A stretch of DNA of 64,000 nt from Candidatus Latescibacterota bacterium (GTDB taxonomy: Bacteria > Latescibacterota > UBA2968 > GCA-2709665): the NCBI GenBank assembly GCA_965226795.1, contig CBDDDZ010000002.1, positions 352,001 to 416,000 of the forward strand, given 5' to 3'. Shown here in pieces: positions 1 through 9,773 of the stretch (the stretch's first letter is position 1; each line of letters opens with the position of its first letter). A model generated the notes under the pieces. It saw only the letters and a program-made list of their open reading frames with translations, ran no database searches and had not been told where the DNA came from. The translations under genes and the position numbers were made by a program.

Positions 1-822
1 CTGGATAACCGGTTGGGTGAATATGTTCCGGCGTTCCGGGGGGACGGGAGGGGCGGGGTGACGATCAGGCATCTTCTGGCCCACTGTGCGGGGTTGCCGG
101 CGCACGAGCGATTTTTCGAAACCTGCCGGGGTAAGGCGGCGGTACTCGCGGCCGCGTGCAGGACGCCGCTTGCGTACCCACCGGGGACCAGGACGGTTTA
201 TAGCGATTTAAGCTTTCTTCTGCTGGGGGCGGCCGTCGAGCGGGTGGGCGGAGCACCGCTCGAGGACCTGGCCCGGCGGTACGTTTTTGGTCCTCTGGGG
301 ATGGCTCAGACGATGTTCCTGCCCGGGCGTGAGCTACTGGACCGTATTCCGCCGACGGAGTTTCAGGCTGAGCAACGCAGGGGGCTGATTCACGGGCAGG
401 TGCACGATGGAAATGCCTGGGCGATGGGCGGCGTAGCGCCGCATGCGGGACTCTTCGGGACGGCGGGGGATCTGGGGCGGTTTTTGAGGGTGATCCTGGA
501 CGGAGGTATACACGAGGGAACGCGGGTTTTTTCCGAAGATGCCATCCGCCGGTTTACAACGCGGGCGGGATTGGCGCCCGGCAGCACCCGCGCACTGGGG
601 TGGGACACGGTATCGAAGGAGGGAAGTTCCGCGGGCCGGCGTTTTTCGGCCCGGTCGTTCGGACACACCGGATTCACGGGCACTTCCGTCTGGGCCGATC
701 CCGAACGGGACGTCGGAGTGGTACTCCTGACAAACCGGGTGCATCCTACCCGCGAGAATCAGGGGATACGGAGGTTGCGGCCGGAGTTTCACGATGCGGT
801 GATGGAAGCGGTAAAACAGTGA
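1..822 (+). CDS. Serine hydrolase, beta-lactamase/class C-like family (5' partial, runs off window)
   Basis: Frame open from base 1; TIRHLLAHCAGL, YSD, HD.NA..MGGVAPHAGLF, FGHTGFTGTS and LLTNRVHP motifs. Confidence 0.88.
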   Translation: MDNRLGEYVPAFRGDGRGGVTIRHLLAHCAGLPAHERFFETCRGKAAVLAAACRTPLAYPPGTRTVYSDLSFLLLGAAVERVGGAPLEDLARRYVFGPLGMAQTMFLPGRELLDRIPPTEFQAEQRRGLIHGQVHDGNAWAMGGVAPHAGLFGTAGDLGRFLRVILDGGIHEGTRVFSEDAIRRFTTRAGLAPGSTRALGWDTVSKEGSSAGRRFSARSFGHTGFTGTSVWADPERDVGVVLLTNRVHPTRENQGIRRLRPEFHDAVMEAVKQ

Positions 823-866
823 CCGCGGGCGGTTTATCCGGCGAACCCGAGCTCCGAGATGACCGT

Positions 867-2420
867 TTAAGTCAGCACCTGCTTCAGGTATTCCAGGTCC
901 AGTTCGGGATACACCGGATACCGTCTGAGCAGGTCTGCCACCTCCGCTCGCGCTTCCTCAAGCGCCTCCGGCCGAGCCCGGGAGCGCGCCTTGCTGGGCT
1001 TCCCGGCGTGCCTGCCTTTTTTGATCCGGACGGGCCTCGTGTTGAAGAGTACAAGGCGTAGGGCGGCGGCGATTCTCCGCATTTCTTCCACACCCATGCC
1101 CAGCGTCGAGAGGGCGGGTGTGCCGAGCCGAAGGCCACTGGTATACCACGCGCCGTTCGTATCGAAGGGCAGGGCGTTTCGGTTGAGGGTGATCCGGGCG
1201 TTTCGTGCAACGGATTCCGCCTGCCTGCCGGTGAGACCCAGTGGCGTCACGTCGATGAGCAGCATGTGGTTGTCGGTGCCGCCGGTGAGTACGTTGAGCC
1301 CCTCATCGACGCAGGCTTCGGAAAGGGCCGCGGCGTTTTGAACAATACGTCGTGTGTAGGTTCTGAATTCGCCAGCGCCGGCCTCCTGAAAGGCGACGGC
1401 TTTGGCCGCTATGGCGTGGGGCAGAGGACCGCCCAGCACCATCGGGCACCCACGGTCCACGTGTTCCGCATATTCCGCCTTGCAAAGAATCATGCCACCT
1501 CGCGGCCCCCTGAGGGTCTTGTGGGTTGTGGTGGTCACAACGTCGGCGTGCGCCACGGGATCGTCGTCGCCGGTGAAGACCTTGCCTGCCACGAGACCGG
1601 CAAAGTGCGCCATGTCTACCATGAAGACCGCGCCGATTTCATTCGCTATTTCCCTGAAGATGCGAAAATTGATTTTACGGGTGTAGGCGCTGTACCCGGC
1701 CAGTAGAATCAGGGGTTTGAACGCCTTCGCCTGGCTGCGGACCCGGTCGTAGTCGATAAGTTTGGTTTCGGGGTCGACACCGTAGGTTTCGACTTGGAAC
1801 ATTTTGCCGGAGACGTTGTGCCGGTATCCGTGCGTGAGATGGCCGCCGGAGTAGTAATCAAGCCCTAGCAATTTCTGGTTGCCCAGCGCGGTTCTGAGTT
1901 CCCGCCAGTCGGCGTCGGAAAGCGCCGCGAGATCGGTCTGTCCCGTCTGTTCCATAAACGGCGCCTGAATGCGGGCGGAAAGGATGGCCCAGAAGGCGAC
2001 AAGGTTGGCGTCGGCGCCGGAATGGGGCTGTACGTACGCGTGGTCCGCCCCGAAGAGGCCGCGGGCGAGGGAAGCGGCATGTTTTTCAATGATGTCGACG
2101 TTGTCACAGCCGGCGTAGAAGCGGCGGTCCGGCACGCCTTCGGCATACTTGTCGGTGAAGAGATTGCCCTGTGCGAGCTGTACGGCCAGCGAGCAGTAGT
2201 TCTCGCTGGCGATCATCTTCAGGTTGCCGCGCTGGTCCTCCAGTTCGGAAACGATGGATGCGGCGACTCGCGGCGAGATTGCGTGAATCTGTTCGAGTGA
2301 TGCGAGGTAGGCGACAAAACCGGGATCTGCGGGATTGCCGGCGGCGGCGGATTCGGAGAGATACCTGGCAAGCGGGGATGTCGAGCGCTCTGCATCGGCA
2401 GGTGGTGTTGCCTGAACCAT
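867..2420 (-). CDS. glyA: Serine hydroxymethyltransferase (long-insert type)
   Basis: [45 protein letters not shown] (PLP Lys), [12 protein letters not shown] at 2420 with GGAG upstream preferred over 2477. Confidence 0.95.
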   Translation of the reverse strand: MVQATPPADAERSTSPLARYLSESAAAGNPADPGFVAYLASLEQIHAISPRVAASIVSELEDQRGNLKMIASENYCSLAVQLAQGNLFTDKYAEGVPDRRFYAGCDNVDIIEKHAASLARGLFGADHAYVQPHSGADANLVAFWAILSARIQAPFMEQTGQTDLAALSDADWRELRTALGNQKLLGLDYYSGGHLTHGYRHNVSGKMFQVETYGVDPETKLIDYDRVRSQAKAFKPLILLAGYSAYTRKINFRIFREIANEIGAVFMVDMAHFAGLVAGKVFTGDDDPVAHADVVTTTTHKTLRGPRGGMILCKAEYAEHVDRGCPMVLGGPLPHAIAAKAVAFQEAGAGEFRTYTRRIVQNAAALSEACVDEGLNVLTGGTDNHMLLIDVTPLGLTGRQAESVARNARITLNRNALPFDTNGAWYTSGLRLGTPALSTLGMGVEEMRRIAAALRLVLFNTRPVRIKKGRHAGKPSKARSRARPEALEEARAEVADLLRRYPVYPELDLEYLKQVLT

Positions 2421-2663
2421 TCTGTTGCTCCCAGATACAGTGGATATGACGGGGTCAGTTGGATTGGCGAGAATCAATCCCTGGAGACCTGAACTCCGCT
2501 CCCGGGTGCGGGCGTGGAGTCAGGACACACAAAAACCCGGGCCGGATAATGATGCAGCGAGCCCGGGCGATTGACCGTCTGTCGGATTCTGCGTTCACAG
2601 GTGAACCATGGGTAGCGGTACCGCGTTGTGCCTTCCTGAAAAAACACGAACACGGCGAACACA

Positions 2664-2692
2664 AATATATCGGAGTTCCGCAGTACGGTCAA
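2664..2692 (-). promoter_or_regulatory. Sigma70-type promoter for glyA
   Basis: TTGACC-N17-TATATT on minus strand. Confidence 0.6.
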
Positions 2693-2822
2693 TATCTTTT
2701 TGGCAGAATTTCGGGCCGGTGTCCGGTACCCGCATGTCATCGCGACGGCAACGATTCCGCGAGCCGGCGGCGACCAACAAATCCAAAGCGGCCACCGCTG
2801 AATCCGCTCCGGGATTTTCCAC

Positions 2823-2851
2823 TTGCCAACGTCGTGTGACCGGACTATATT
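2823..2851 (+). promoter_or_regulatory. Sigma70-type promoter for pyrB leader
   Basis: TTGCCA-N17-TATATT. Confidence 0.65.
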
Positions 2852-2861
2852 TGCATTTTAA

Positions 2862-2936
2862 ATGGGAATCTCTTCTTTACGAAATCGACTTTTCCGATTT
2901 TCCGGCTCCCCGGTTGATGTAATTCCGCTCCCCTGA
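2862..2936 (+). CDS. Putative pyrL-like leader peptide (24 aa, MGISSLRNRLFRFSGSPVDVIPLP)
   Basis: ATG 11 nt after the -10; pyrimidine-rich codons; TGA stop falls in the loop of the attenuator hairpin. Confidence 0.5.
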   Translation: MGISSLRNRLFRFSGSPVDVIPLP

Positions 2937-2950
2937 AGGGGAGCTTTTTT
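2927..2950 (+). terminator. Intrinsic terminator/attenuator immediately upstream of pyrB
   Basis: GCTCCCC-TGAA-GGGGAGC followed by T6, 20 nt before the pyrB ATG. Confidence 0.8.
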
Positions 2951-2970
2951 GTTGTGATGGAGGATACTCG

Positions 2971-3897
2971 ATGGACAGCCTGTTCCACGTGGTCGAGGCG
3001 CAGCAGTTCAATCGTGAACTGCTAACGGAGATTTTCGCGGTCACCAAGGAGATGGAGGAGGTTGTTAGCCTCTACGGGTCCAGTATACTTAACCGTAGGA
3101 TCATGGCCACGCTGTTTTACGAACCCAGCACCCGGACCCGGCTTTCATTCGAGTCGGCCATGATCCGTCTGGGGGGAAGCGTGGTTACGACGGAGTCGGC
3201 GCGGGAGTTTTCCTCGGCTGCGAAAGGCGAGACGCTTGAGGACACCATCCGAATTGTGGATGGATACGCGGACGTGATTGTGCTTCGGCACTACGAGGGA
3301 GGATCCGCGCGGCGGGCGGCGGAAGTGGCGTCGGTTCCGGTTTTGAACGCCGGCGACGGACCCGGTCAGCATCCTACGCAGGCGCTGCTGGACGTCTATA
3401 CGATTCAGAAGGAAATCGGCAGGCTGGACGGTATTTCGGTGGCTATGGTGGGCGACCTCGCCAATGGCCGCACGGTGCGTTCGCTGGCCTATCTGCTCGC
3501 CCGGTTCGAAGACGTAAAGCTGTATTTCGTGGCGCCCGAGATGGTGCGCATGAAGGCTGACATCAAGGAATACCTGCTCCGGAACGGGGTGTACTTCGAG
3601 GAGCGGGACGACCTGATTGGGGTTGTGCGGCAGGTTGACGTGGTCTATCAGACACGGATCCAGAGGGAAAGGTTCGGCGATCGCACGCGGGACTACGAAG
3701 CAGCGCGGGGGAGATACATCATCGATACGAAGGTGATGGAAGCCCTGTCCGACAACGGCCGCGTGATGCACCCGCTGCCCCGCGTGGACGAGATCGATCC
3801 CGCAGTGGACACGGACCCCCGGGCGGCGTATTTCCGGCAGGCGCACAATGGGCTCTACATTCGGATGGCGTTGCTGAAGATGGTGTTGGCCGCGTGA
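2971..3897 (+). CDS. pyrB: Aspartate carbamoyltransferase catalytic subunit
   Basis: FYEPSTRTRLSFE, NAGDGPGQHPTQALLD, GDL..GRTVRSL, HPLPRVDEI; GGAGG RBS. Confidence 0.97.
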   Translation: MDSLFHVVEAQQFNRELLTEIFAVTKEMEEVVSLYGSSILNRRIMATLFYEPSTRTRLSFESAMIRLGGSVVTTESAREFSSAAKGETLEDTIRIVDGYADVIVLRHYEGGSARRAAEVASVPVLNAGDGPGQHPTQALLDVYTIQKEIGRLDGISVAMVGDLANGRTVRSLAYLLARFEDVKLYFVAPEMVRMKADIKEYLLRNGVYFEERDDLIGVVRQVDVVYQTRIQRERFGDRTRDYEAARGRYIIDTKVMEALSDNGRVMHPLPRVDEIDPAVDTDPRAAYFRQAHNGLYIRMALLKMVLAA

Positions 3898-3952
3898 TCG
3901 TTTGGGGTTGCCGTCGCATTCTTTCGCGGCAAAAAAAGGACTGGTGGCGTGC

Positions 3953-4108
3953 ATGGCTCAAGGGACTCCGATTCTGTGCCGGGTATGCGGTAAAAAACTC
4001 GGCGTCGTCAGAGGATTCGAAGGCCGCGTGTTTACCCTCTGCCGCACGTGCGAAAAGAGCAAGAACAAGAGTAATAAGAAGAAGGGCGCCAATCAAGACC
4101 CGGGCTGA
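3953..4108 (+). CDS. Small basic zinc-ribbon-like protein (51 aa)
   Basis: CRVC...CRTC pair and Lys-rich tail; AAGGA upstream of ATG. Confidence 0.5.
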   Translation: MAQGTPILCRVCGKKLGVVRGFEGRVFTLCRTCEKSKNKSNKKKGANQDPG

Positions 4109-4138
4109 GCCTGAGTATTGCGGTTTTCCAACGGCCCG

Positions 4139-4405
4139 TCAATTCGATTCGTCGCGCAGGAGTCGTCGAAGGACCTTGCCCGTGGCCGTTATGGGCAATT
4201 CGTCCCGGAATTCCACCGATGGGGGTACTTTATAGCCGGCCAGGCGTTCACCGCAGAAGGCCAAGATGTCGGCTTCGGAGACCCTGTTTTTTCGTTTCCC
4301 TTTTGTTACCACGCAGGCTTTAACGATTTCGCCGCGGTAGTCGTCCGCTTGTCCGTATACCACGGCCTGCCGTACGGACGGGTGGGCGTACAGGACTTCC
4401 TCATC
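4139..4405 (-). pseudogene. C-terminal fragment of an acyl-CoA synthetase (AMP-binding enzyme)
   Basis: EEVLYAHPSVRQAVVYG..D.YRGE..KA and LAGYKVP..VEF..ELP.T.TGK motifs; no N-terminal adenylation domain. Confidence 0.8.
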
Positions 4406-4820
4406 CGCACGGTCTGCTCACGCATAGGGTAAACCAGCGGACAGCGGTCAGCAATCAGCCGAAAACCACCGAGTCGGAAGACGCCAGGCGCAAGAGGTCC
4501 ACGCCGCAAGCCGGCCCTTCGAAGCACTGGCACGGAATTCTCACACAAAGACATGAAGGGGAAAGACCGTCAGGAGCAATCAGCAGCCAGCCGAAAGCGG
4601 TTAGCAGTCCAGCTTAGCGATTTCGATTTGCTCGCGGGTACTCGCGTATTGGCTTTCGCCCGCGTGGTGGTGTGGAAGGCGGGCAACTATAAGGGTTGCC
4701 CATGCAGAATTAACGACGGCGCCACGAGGGCTGGAAGCCCTCGTTCCCAGGTGTAGCAATACGCAGCGGTCAGCGTACAGCAAGAACCAATCAATTGACA
4801 TCAGCGCAGGGATAGAATTT

Positions 4821-4847
4821 GTAGGGGCGGTTCGCGGACCGCCCTAC
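4821..4847. repeat. GTAG-type REP-like palindrome
   Basis: GTAGGGGCGGTTCGCGGACCGCCCTAC; relatives at 27388-27413 and 47668-47695. Confidence 0.7.
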
Positions 4848-5336
4848 GGTGTGGTGGAGAGGACTGCGGACAGTCGTGTTCGCTCCCGCACGCACGGTGG
4901 TGGGGGAGGGACTTTTCCGCGCTATTCCGTTTTTCGCCGTTGCCTGGAGCGTGCCTACGCGTTCGCAGGTCAGTAGTGTACGTAAACGTCACAGGCGTAA
5001 TTCGCGGAAGAACCGGCCCCGTGCCGAACGGCGGCGTTCTTCAAGAGGCGGCAAGACGTAATACGGTAGAAGTGAGAGGACCACAACGCACTCCACTGGT
5101 CTCGCGCTCCCCTTCGCAATCCCCTTCTCGTTTCAAACAGCGAGAGTCCATTTGCGGACGTCTCAAGCGGAAGAGTTACCAACGCCTCTTACGTCTTCCC
5201 TCTCACGGCTTCATGGCGAGAAAGAAAAAGGGCATAAATAAATAAAAAACAATATGATGGAGGAACAATGACGAAATCATCCCGGAGCACGACCCATCAA
5301 TCGCCTTTCTTCAGATTCGTCGCTCGGCGCAAATTC

Positions 5337-7109
5337 CTACCTGAAAGGCGCGATTTCCGGCATCGTCAACACGCCGCGCGCGGGGAGGAGACCGAGACGG
5401 CGCGCGAGCGTGACGACCGGTTGTAGTGTACGCATCGTTTGCAAGAGTGCCGAAGCGACGGCGGATTCACTGCTGCGGACGATACCGTGTTCCAGGAGAT
5501 ATTCCCACGGGGATTTCGCCCTGGGAAAGACCTGGAGCCGGAGTTCGGCATCGGGTGACAGCTGCGCCGCTTCGCGAATGAGTTTTAACGCCGTTTGGTA
5601 GCCACCCAGTTCATCCACCAGTCCCAACTCCCTGGCGTCCTCTCCGGTCCAGATGCGCCCCCGGGCGATGTCAAGCACACGTTCTTTCGGTAACGAACGC
5701 CCCTCGGCAACCTTGTCGGTAAAATCCTCGTACACCATATCCAGCCAGGCCTGAAACTCTGTCCATTCTTCCTCTGAGAAGTCTCTGGTGCCGGTCCACA
5801 TGGTGGAATGGGCGCTGGTGTGGACCTCATCCCACGAGATTCCGGTTTTCTCCCACATCCCGGAAGTCAGCATTTTGCCCGCCACTACGCCGATGGAGCC
5901 GGTTATCGTTCCCGGCTGCGCCACGATCCGGTCCGCGGCCATGGCGACGAAGTATCCGCCGGAGCCCGCCACGTCGCCCATGGATACCACCACCGGTTTG
6001 CCCGCTTCCCTGGCCCGAGCGGTTTCGCGCCAGATGACGTCTGAGGCGACGTACGAGCCGCCCGGGCTGTCGACGCGGAAGAGGATCGCTTTGACATCGT
6101 CGTTGCGAACCGCATTCCGAAATGCCCTGGCGATCGTATCCGATCCCATCGTGGTCGCGCCAGAGGCGGGGTCGAAATCGCTCTTGCCGCGCGTCACGTC
6201 GCCGACGCCGTAGATCAGGGCGATGGTTTCCCCCTGTTCGTCGTGCTCTTCGATCCGTTTCAGGTATTTGCGCAGCGTCAGATACGTCACCCCCGCGTCC
6301 ACCTGTTCCTTTATGCGCTCGTACACTTCGTCTCGATACGCCAGGCCGTCGACCAGCCCCACCTCCAGCGCTTCCTTCGAGAGGAACGGTCCCTGGTCGA
6401 ACAGGTTGCGGACCCCGTCGGGTGAAAGGCCGCGCTTCTCAGCGATTCCCCGGACCAGTTGATCGAATTGCGATTCCATTACCGTCTGCGTCGCTTCCTT
6501 GTGAGCGGGTGTATACTGGCGTTCGGTGTAGAAATTCTTCGCGTTCTTGTACTCCTGGCGATGATCCCAGCGAGGGACAATACCCAGTTTTTCCAGGGTT
6601 CCTCGAATGAATGGCGTCTCGGCGATCAGACCTGTCAGACCCACGACCCCGGAAGGCTGGAGATAGATGTCGTCGAACGCCGTCGCGAGATAGTAAGAAC
6701 CGTTGCCCGGGCCGAATTCGCCGAATGTCTCTGCGTAGGCGACCGCAGGTTTTCCGCTTTTGCTGAAGACCTGCACCGCGTCTCGCAATTCCTGCAGCCG
6801 GGCGAGACCCATACCGCTGTTGCCCACCCTTGCAAGGAGCGCCACGATGCGCTCGTCTGACGCGGCCCGGTGGAGTGCTTCAACCAGGTCCCGAACTGTG
6901 ATCGCATCGGGAAACAGGACGTCAGCAATCGGATTGCCCGGTATGTACTCGGGAAGATCCCGTTCAAGGTTTACTTCCAGGACCGTGAGTCGCGGTACCT
7001 CCTCTTCACCTTTGTACACTAACGCGATGGCGACTGCCGCAAGTACGATGACGATCAGGGTGGCTACGCCGCCAATAATGGCAAAGACCTTCAATACGAT
7101 GCGCTTCAT
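5337..7109 (-). CDS. sppA: Signal peptide peptidase SppA, 67K type
   Basis: N-terminal TM, YKNA, RVDSPGGS, SMGDVAGSGGY, TGSIGV, GRIWTG. Confidence 0.95.
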   Translation of the reverse strand: MKRIVLKVFAIIGGVATLIVIVLAAVAIALVYKGEEEVPRLTVLEVNLERDLPEYIPGNPIADVLFPDAITVRDLVEALHRAASDERIVALLARVGNSGMGLARLQELRDAVQVFSKSGKPAVAYAETFGEFGPGNGSYYLATAFDDIYLQPSGVVGLTGLIAETPFIRGTLEKLGIVPRWDHRQEYKNAKNFYTERQYTPAHKEATQTVMESQFDQLVRGIAEKRGLSPDGVRNLFDQGPFLSKEALEVGLVDGLAYRDEVYERIKEQVDAGVTYLTLRKYLKRIEEHDEQGETIALIYGVGDVTRGKSDFDPASGATTMGSDTIARAFRNAVRNDDVKAILFRVDSPGGSYVASDVIWRETARAREAGKPVVVSMGDVAGSGGYFVAMAADRIVAQPGTITGSIGVVAGKMLTSGMWEKTGISWDEVHTSAHSTMWTGTRDFSEEEWTEFQAWLDMVYEDFTDKVAEGRSLPKERVLDIARGRIWTGEDARELGLVDELGGYQTALKLIREAAQLSPDAELRLQVFPRAKSPWEYLLEHGIVRSSESAVASALLQTMRTLQPVVTLARRLGLLPARGVLTMPEIAPFR

Positions 7110-7295
7110 TGCAGACCTCCATCGGAAAGACGATGATGGAAACTACGCGATGGGGTACAGACGCTTCCGTGTCGTTCGCCTGGATCTCAAGGTGTGTGGA
7201 GTTAGCAATTCTGTTCGAAAAGGAGGATTTCGGAAGATACAGGAAAGTCAGAAGGAACCGCCCGTGAAGCCCTGCGGGTAGTCTAGACCTGGGGC

Positions 7296-7577
7296 TCAGG
7301 CGCCACCAGAACCTTCAATTTCCCAGCCGGGAAAGACGAGGACCGCCGGATGGCACATGAGTGCTCTCGCCAGCACTTTGGCGCGCTCGACGCCAATCCT
7401 TATGCGGCCGTTCTCAATGGCCGATATTGTAGGCTGGGGAATGCCGGTGCGCCTGGCGAGTTCATTCTGGCTGAGCTTCTGTAGCTCGCGGATCGTACGG
7501 ACGGACTCGCCGACGGATACCGCCACATGCTTCGGCGCCTTGCGCTGAATTCCCATCTCGCTGTCTCCCGCGATCAC
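7296..7577 (-). CDS. XRE-family HTH antitoxin (HigA-like)
   Basis: LSQNELARRTGIPQPTISAIENG; 4-bp overlap with upstream toxin-like gene. Confidence 0.8.
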   Translation of the reverse strand: MIAGDSEMGIQRKAPKHVAVSVGESVRTIRELQKLSQNELARRTGIPQPTISAIENGRIRIGVERAKVLARALMCHPAVLVFPGWEIEGSGGA

Positions 7578-7834
7578 TTGCCGCGTATGGCCCTCACGCG
7601 TATTTCACGGTCTTTGATTTTGTAGATGACGCGACACCCGGCGTCTAGCCGGGACTGTCGGCGTCCCTTCTTATTCCCCGGCTGCGACTCGTCACGAAAC
7701 CCTTCGATGAACCTGAGGCCCCCCGGACCGGAGAGGGTAACGATATCTTTCCACGTCTCGTAACGCACGAGTATTTCCCGGGGAATGGATTCGATCTGCT
7801 TTTCCACCCTTCGATGTTCGAGAACGGTCCACAT
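7574..7834 (-). CDS. RelE/HigB-like toxin, possibly divergent
   Basis: 86 aa, GF.DE...G...G.R.SRL....RVIY pattern; toxin-first order. Confidence 0.7.
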   Translation of the reverse strand: MWTVLEHRRVEKQIESIPREILVRYETWKDIVTLSGPGGLRFIEGFRDESQPGNKKGRRQSRLDAGCRVIYKIKDREIRVRAIRGK

Positions 7835-7869
7835 AGTATATAGTATATAGTATATAAATAATATGTAAA
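7834..7869 (-). promoter_or_regulatory. Leaderless-type promoter with triple heptamer operator candidate
   Basis: TTTACA then TATACT/TACTAT a few nt before ATG; (TAGTATA)x3 at 7834-7854. Confidence 0.55.
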
Positions 7870-7902
7870 TGAAATTCGTTCCATCCGAAGCGGTCGCGTC
7901 TA

Positions 7903-8239
7903 GTGTTCTGTCCCGGAAATAGGTTGCCTGAATTCGGCCGACGAGACGGGATGAATCGGTGGGAGAATGGTGAGATATTTTTGGGACAGGACACTAACCG
8001 TCATCGAAGCGAAAACGTCGGAAGGCATCACACTTCGAAGCCGCATCCGATTGGCGAAAATGCCAAGAGCGGGTCTTTCCGGATGCGGCCGTTCATCGGG
8101 ACGGGTCGTAAACGGACAGGTTTGGCCCCTTTTCTGTTGACAAAAGTGGATGGTACCGTGCATGTTTATTGTTGGTTCAGCTTGTGTTCTGTCCCGGAAA
8201 TAGATTGTCGAATGGTGACATATTTCTGGGACGGGACAC
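7903..8239. repeat. Two copies of a small inverted-repeat element (7903-7994 and 8184-8239)
   Basis: Both start GTGTTCTGTCCCGGAAAT and end ATTTyTGGGACrGGACAC, an imperfect reverse complement. Confidence 0.75.
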
Positions 8240-8376
8240 TGGAGGGGCCGGAGGACGGTTGAGGAGGCAGGGTTGAAGGAACGCGGATGTGTATGTGATT
8301 TGGGAGAAGCCGCCGGTTGCGGGGGTCGCGCCGCCCGCGCGAATCAGGAAAGTCGGTTATCAGCGCTGAGGTCCGA

Positions 8377-9348
8377 ATGGGCGATATTCTCAGGGTGGAG
8401 CATCTCGAGGCCGAGCCCGGGCAGCGGCGGGACGGGTATCTTACGGTAGGAGAGATGCAGGACAATTCTCCTGTGCGCCTTCCCGTTGTGCTGGTGAACG
8501 GGGCGGAACCTGGGCGTACGCTGTATCTGCAGGCAACCAGCGACGGAGACGAACTGAATGGTATCGCCGTGATCAGGCAGGTGCTGAAGCGGCTGGATCC
8601 GGCGGTCCTGAAGGGCAGGGTGATTGCAACCCTGATTGTGAACTTTCATGCCTTTCACGCGGGCGAGTCGCTGAATCCCGTAGACGGGAAGAAGATGAAC
8701 CGGTGCTTTCCCGGTCGCAAAGAGGGCACGTCAAGCGAGCGGGTGGCCTATCGACTGTTCCATCGCGCAGTGAAACAGTCGAACTTTTGTATCGATCTGC
8801 ATCAGGGCGGCGTTCGGCCCATGATCGACGAGGTCCGGGTACGGGTGGACCGGCGAAAGCGCATCCACCGAGCTTGTATGGAGATGGCCCGCGTGTTTGG
8901 CATCGGGTACATTCTGGACTGCCGGGGACCGGAAGGACAACTGGCGCGCGCGGCGCCCGATGAAGGAATTCCCACCATCGATCCGGAACTGGGAGGATGC
9001 CACGGATGGGATGAAGGCAGTATACGGAAGGGCGTGGTGGGCGTGGAAAATATCTTGAAGCACTACGGGTTTATCGAGGGCCGGGCGCAAACTCCCCGGC
9101 GTCAGACCGTAGTGGACGGCTTCCTGTCCATCCTCGCCGCCCGGGGCGGCTTCGTGGAGTATCGGGCCGCGCTGTACGATCATCTGCAAAAGGGCGATCC
9201 CGTGGCCGACGTGACCGATCCGTTCGGCAGGGTGCTCGAAACGGTTCATGCGCCCCAGGAGTCCATTTTCTGGGCGCGGTCGTTGCGGCCGATGGTGGCT
9301 ACCGGGGAGGCGGTGGCGATGGTCGGAAAGAATATACGGTACGTGTAA
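8377..9348 (+). CDS. Succinylglutamate desuccinylase/aspartoacylase (M14-like) family protein
   Basis: DGDELNG, MNRCFPG, IDLH, ELGG motifs and a barrel-sandwich-like C-terminus. Confidence 0.88.
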   Translation: MGDILRVEHLEAEPGQRRDGYLTVGEMQDNSPVRLPVVLVNGAEPGRTLYLQATSDGDELNGIAVIRQVLKRLDPAVLKGRVIATLIVNFHAFHAGESLNPVDGKKMNRCFPGRKEGTSSERVAYRLFHRAVKQSNFCIDLHQGGVRPMIDEVRVRVDRRKRIHRACMEMARVFGIGYILDCRGPEGQLARAAPDEGIPTIDPELGGCHGWDEGSIRKGVVGVENILKHYGFIEGRAQTPRRQTVVDGFLSILAARGGFVEYRAALYDHLQKGDPVADVTDPFGRVLETVHAPQESIFWARSLRPMVATGEAVAMVGKNIRYV

Positions 9349-9372
9349 TCGGGAACGGGTACCGCAGGGTGG

Positions 9373-9636
9373 TTATTCCTGCGTGGATCTGACCGCGTCG
9401 ATGCGTTCTCGCACAAGGGGCCGGATGTATACAAAGTCGAGAGGAATCCGGGCGAACCCCCGGGCGAAGATCTCTATGTGTGTGCGGACGTCAGGGCTGC
9501 GGTTGAGGATAAATCTTTGCTTGCCCCGCACCGCGCACAGGCCGCCTTCGCCGCCCTCGAGATTCGCGTAGGTGACGGGAATGTCCAGGCGTTCGGCGAG
9601 GGTTTCGAATTCCTGGAGGAGTTGCGTATCGGTCAT
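9373..9636 (-). CDS. Hypothetical protein (87 aa)
   Basis: LAERLDIPV...GGLC.VRGK...YIRP.VRE reads as a real small protein; the longer 228-aa ORF start overlaps the next gene. Confidence 0.7.
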   Translation of the reverse strand: MTDTQLLQEFETLAERLDIPVTYANLEGGEGGLCAVRGKQRFILNRSPDVRTHIEIFARGFARIPLDFVYIRPLVRERIDAVRSTQE

Positions 9637-9773
9637 AGCGGGTCGGGTTCGGATTTGAAGAAATGCCTTGAAGCCGGGTCTCGCGGAATATAACCATCCC
9701 GGTGCGAATTTACAACGGTACTTATTGAGCTTGGCGGGCGTTTTCGGAACGCCGCCCCGGAAAGGATCCGCAA

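Noticed and set aside
2555..2660. Canonical ZTP or glycine riboswitch
   Set aside because: The 5' aptamer motifs were not found; kept only as a weak finding
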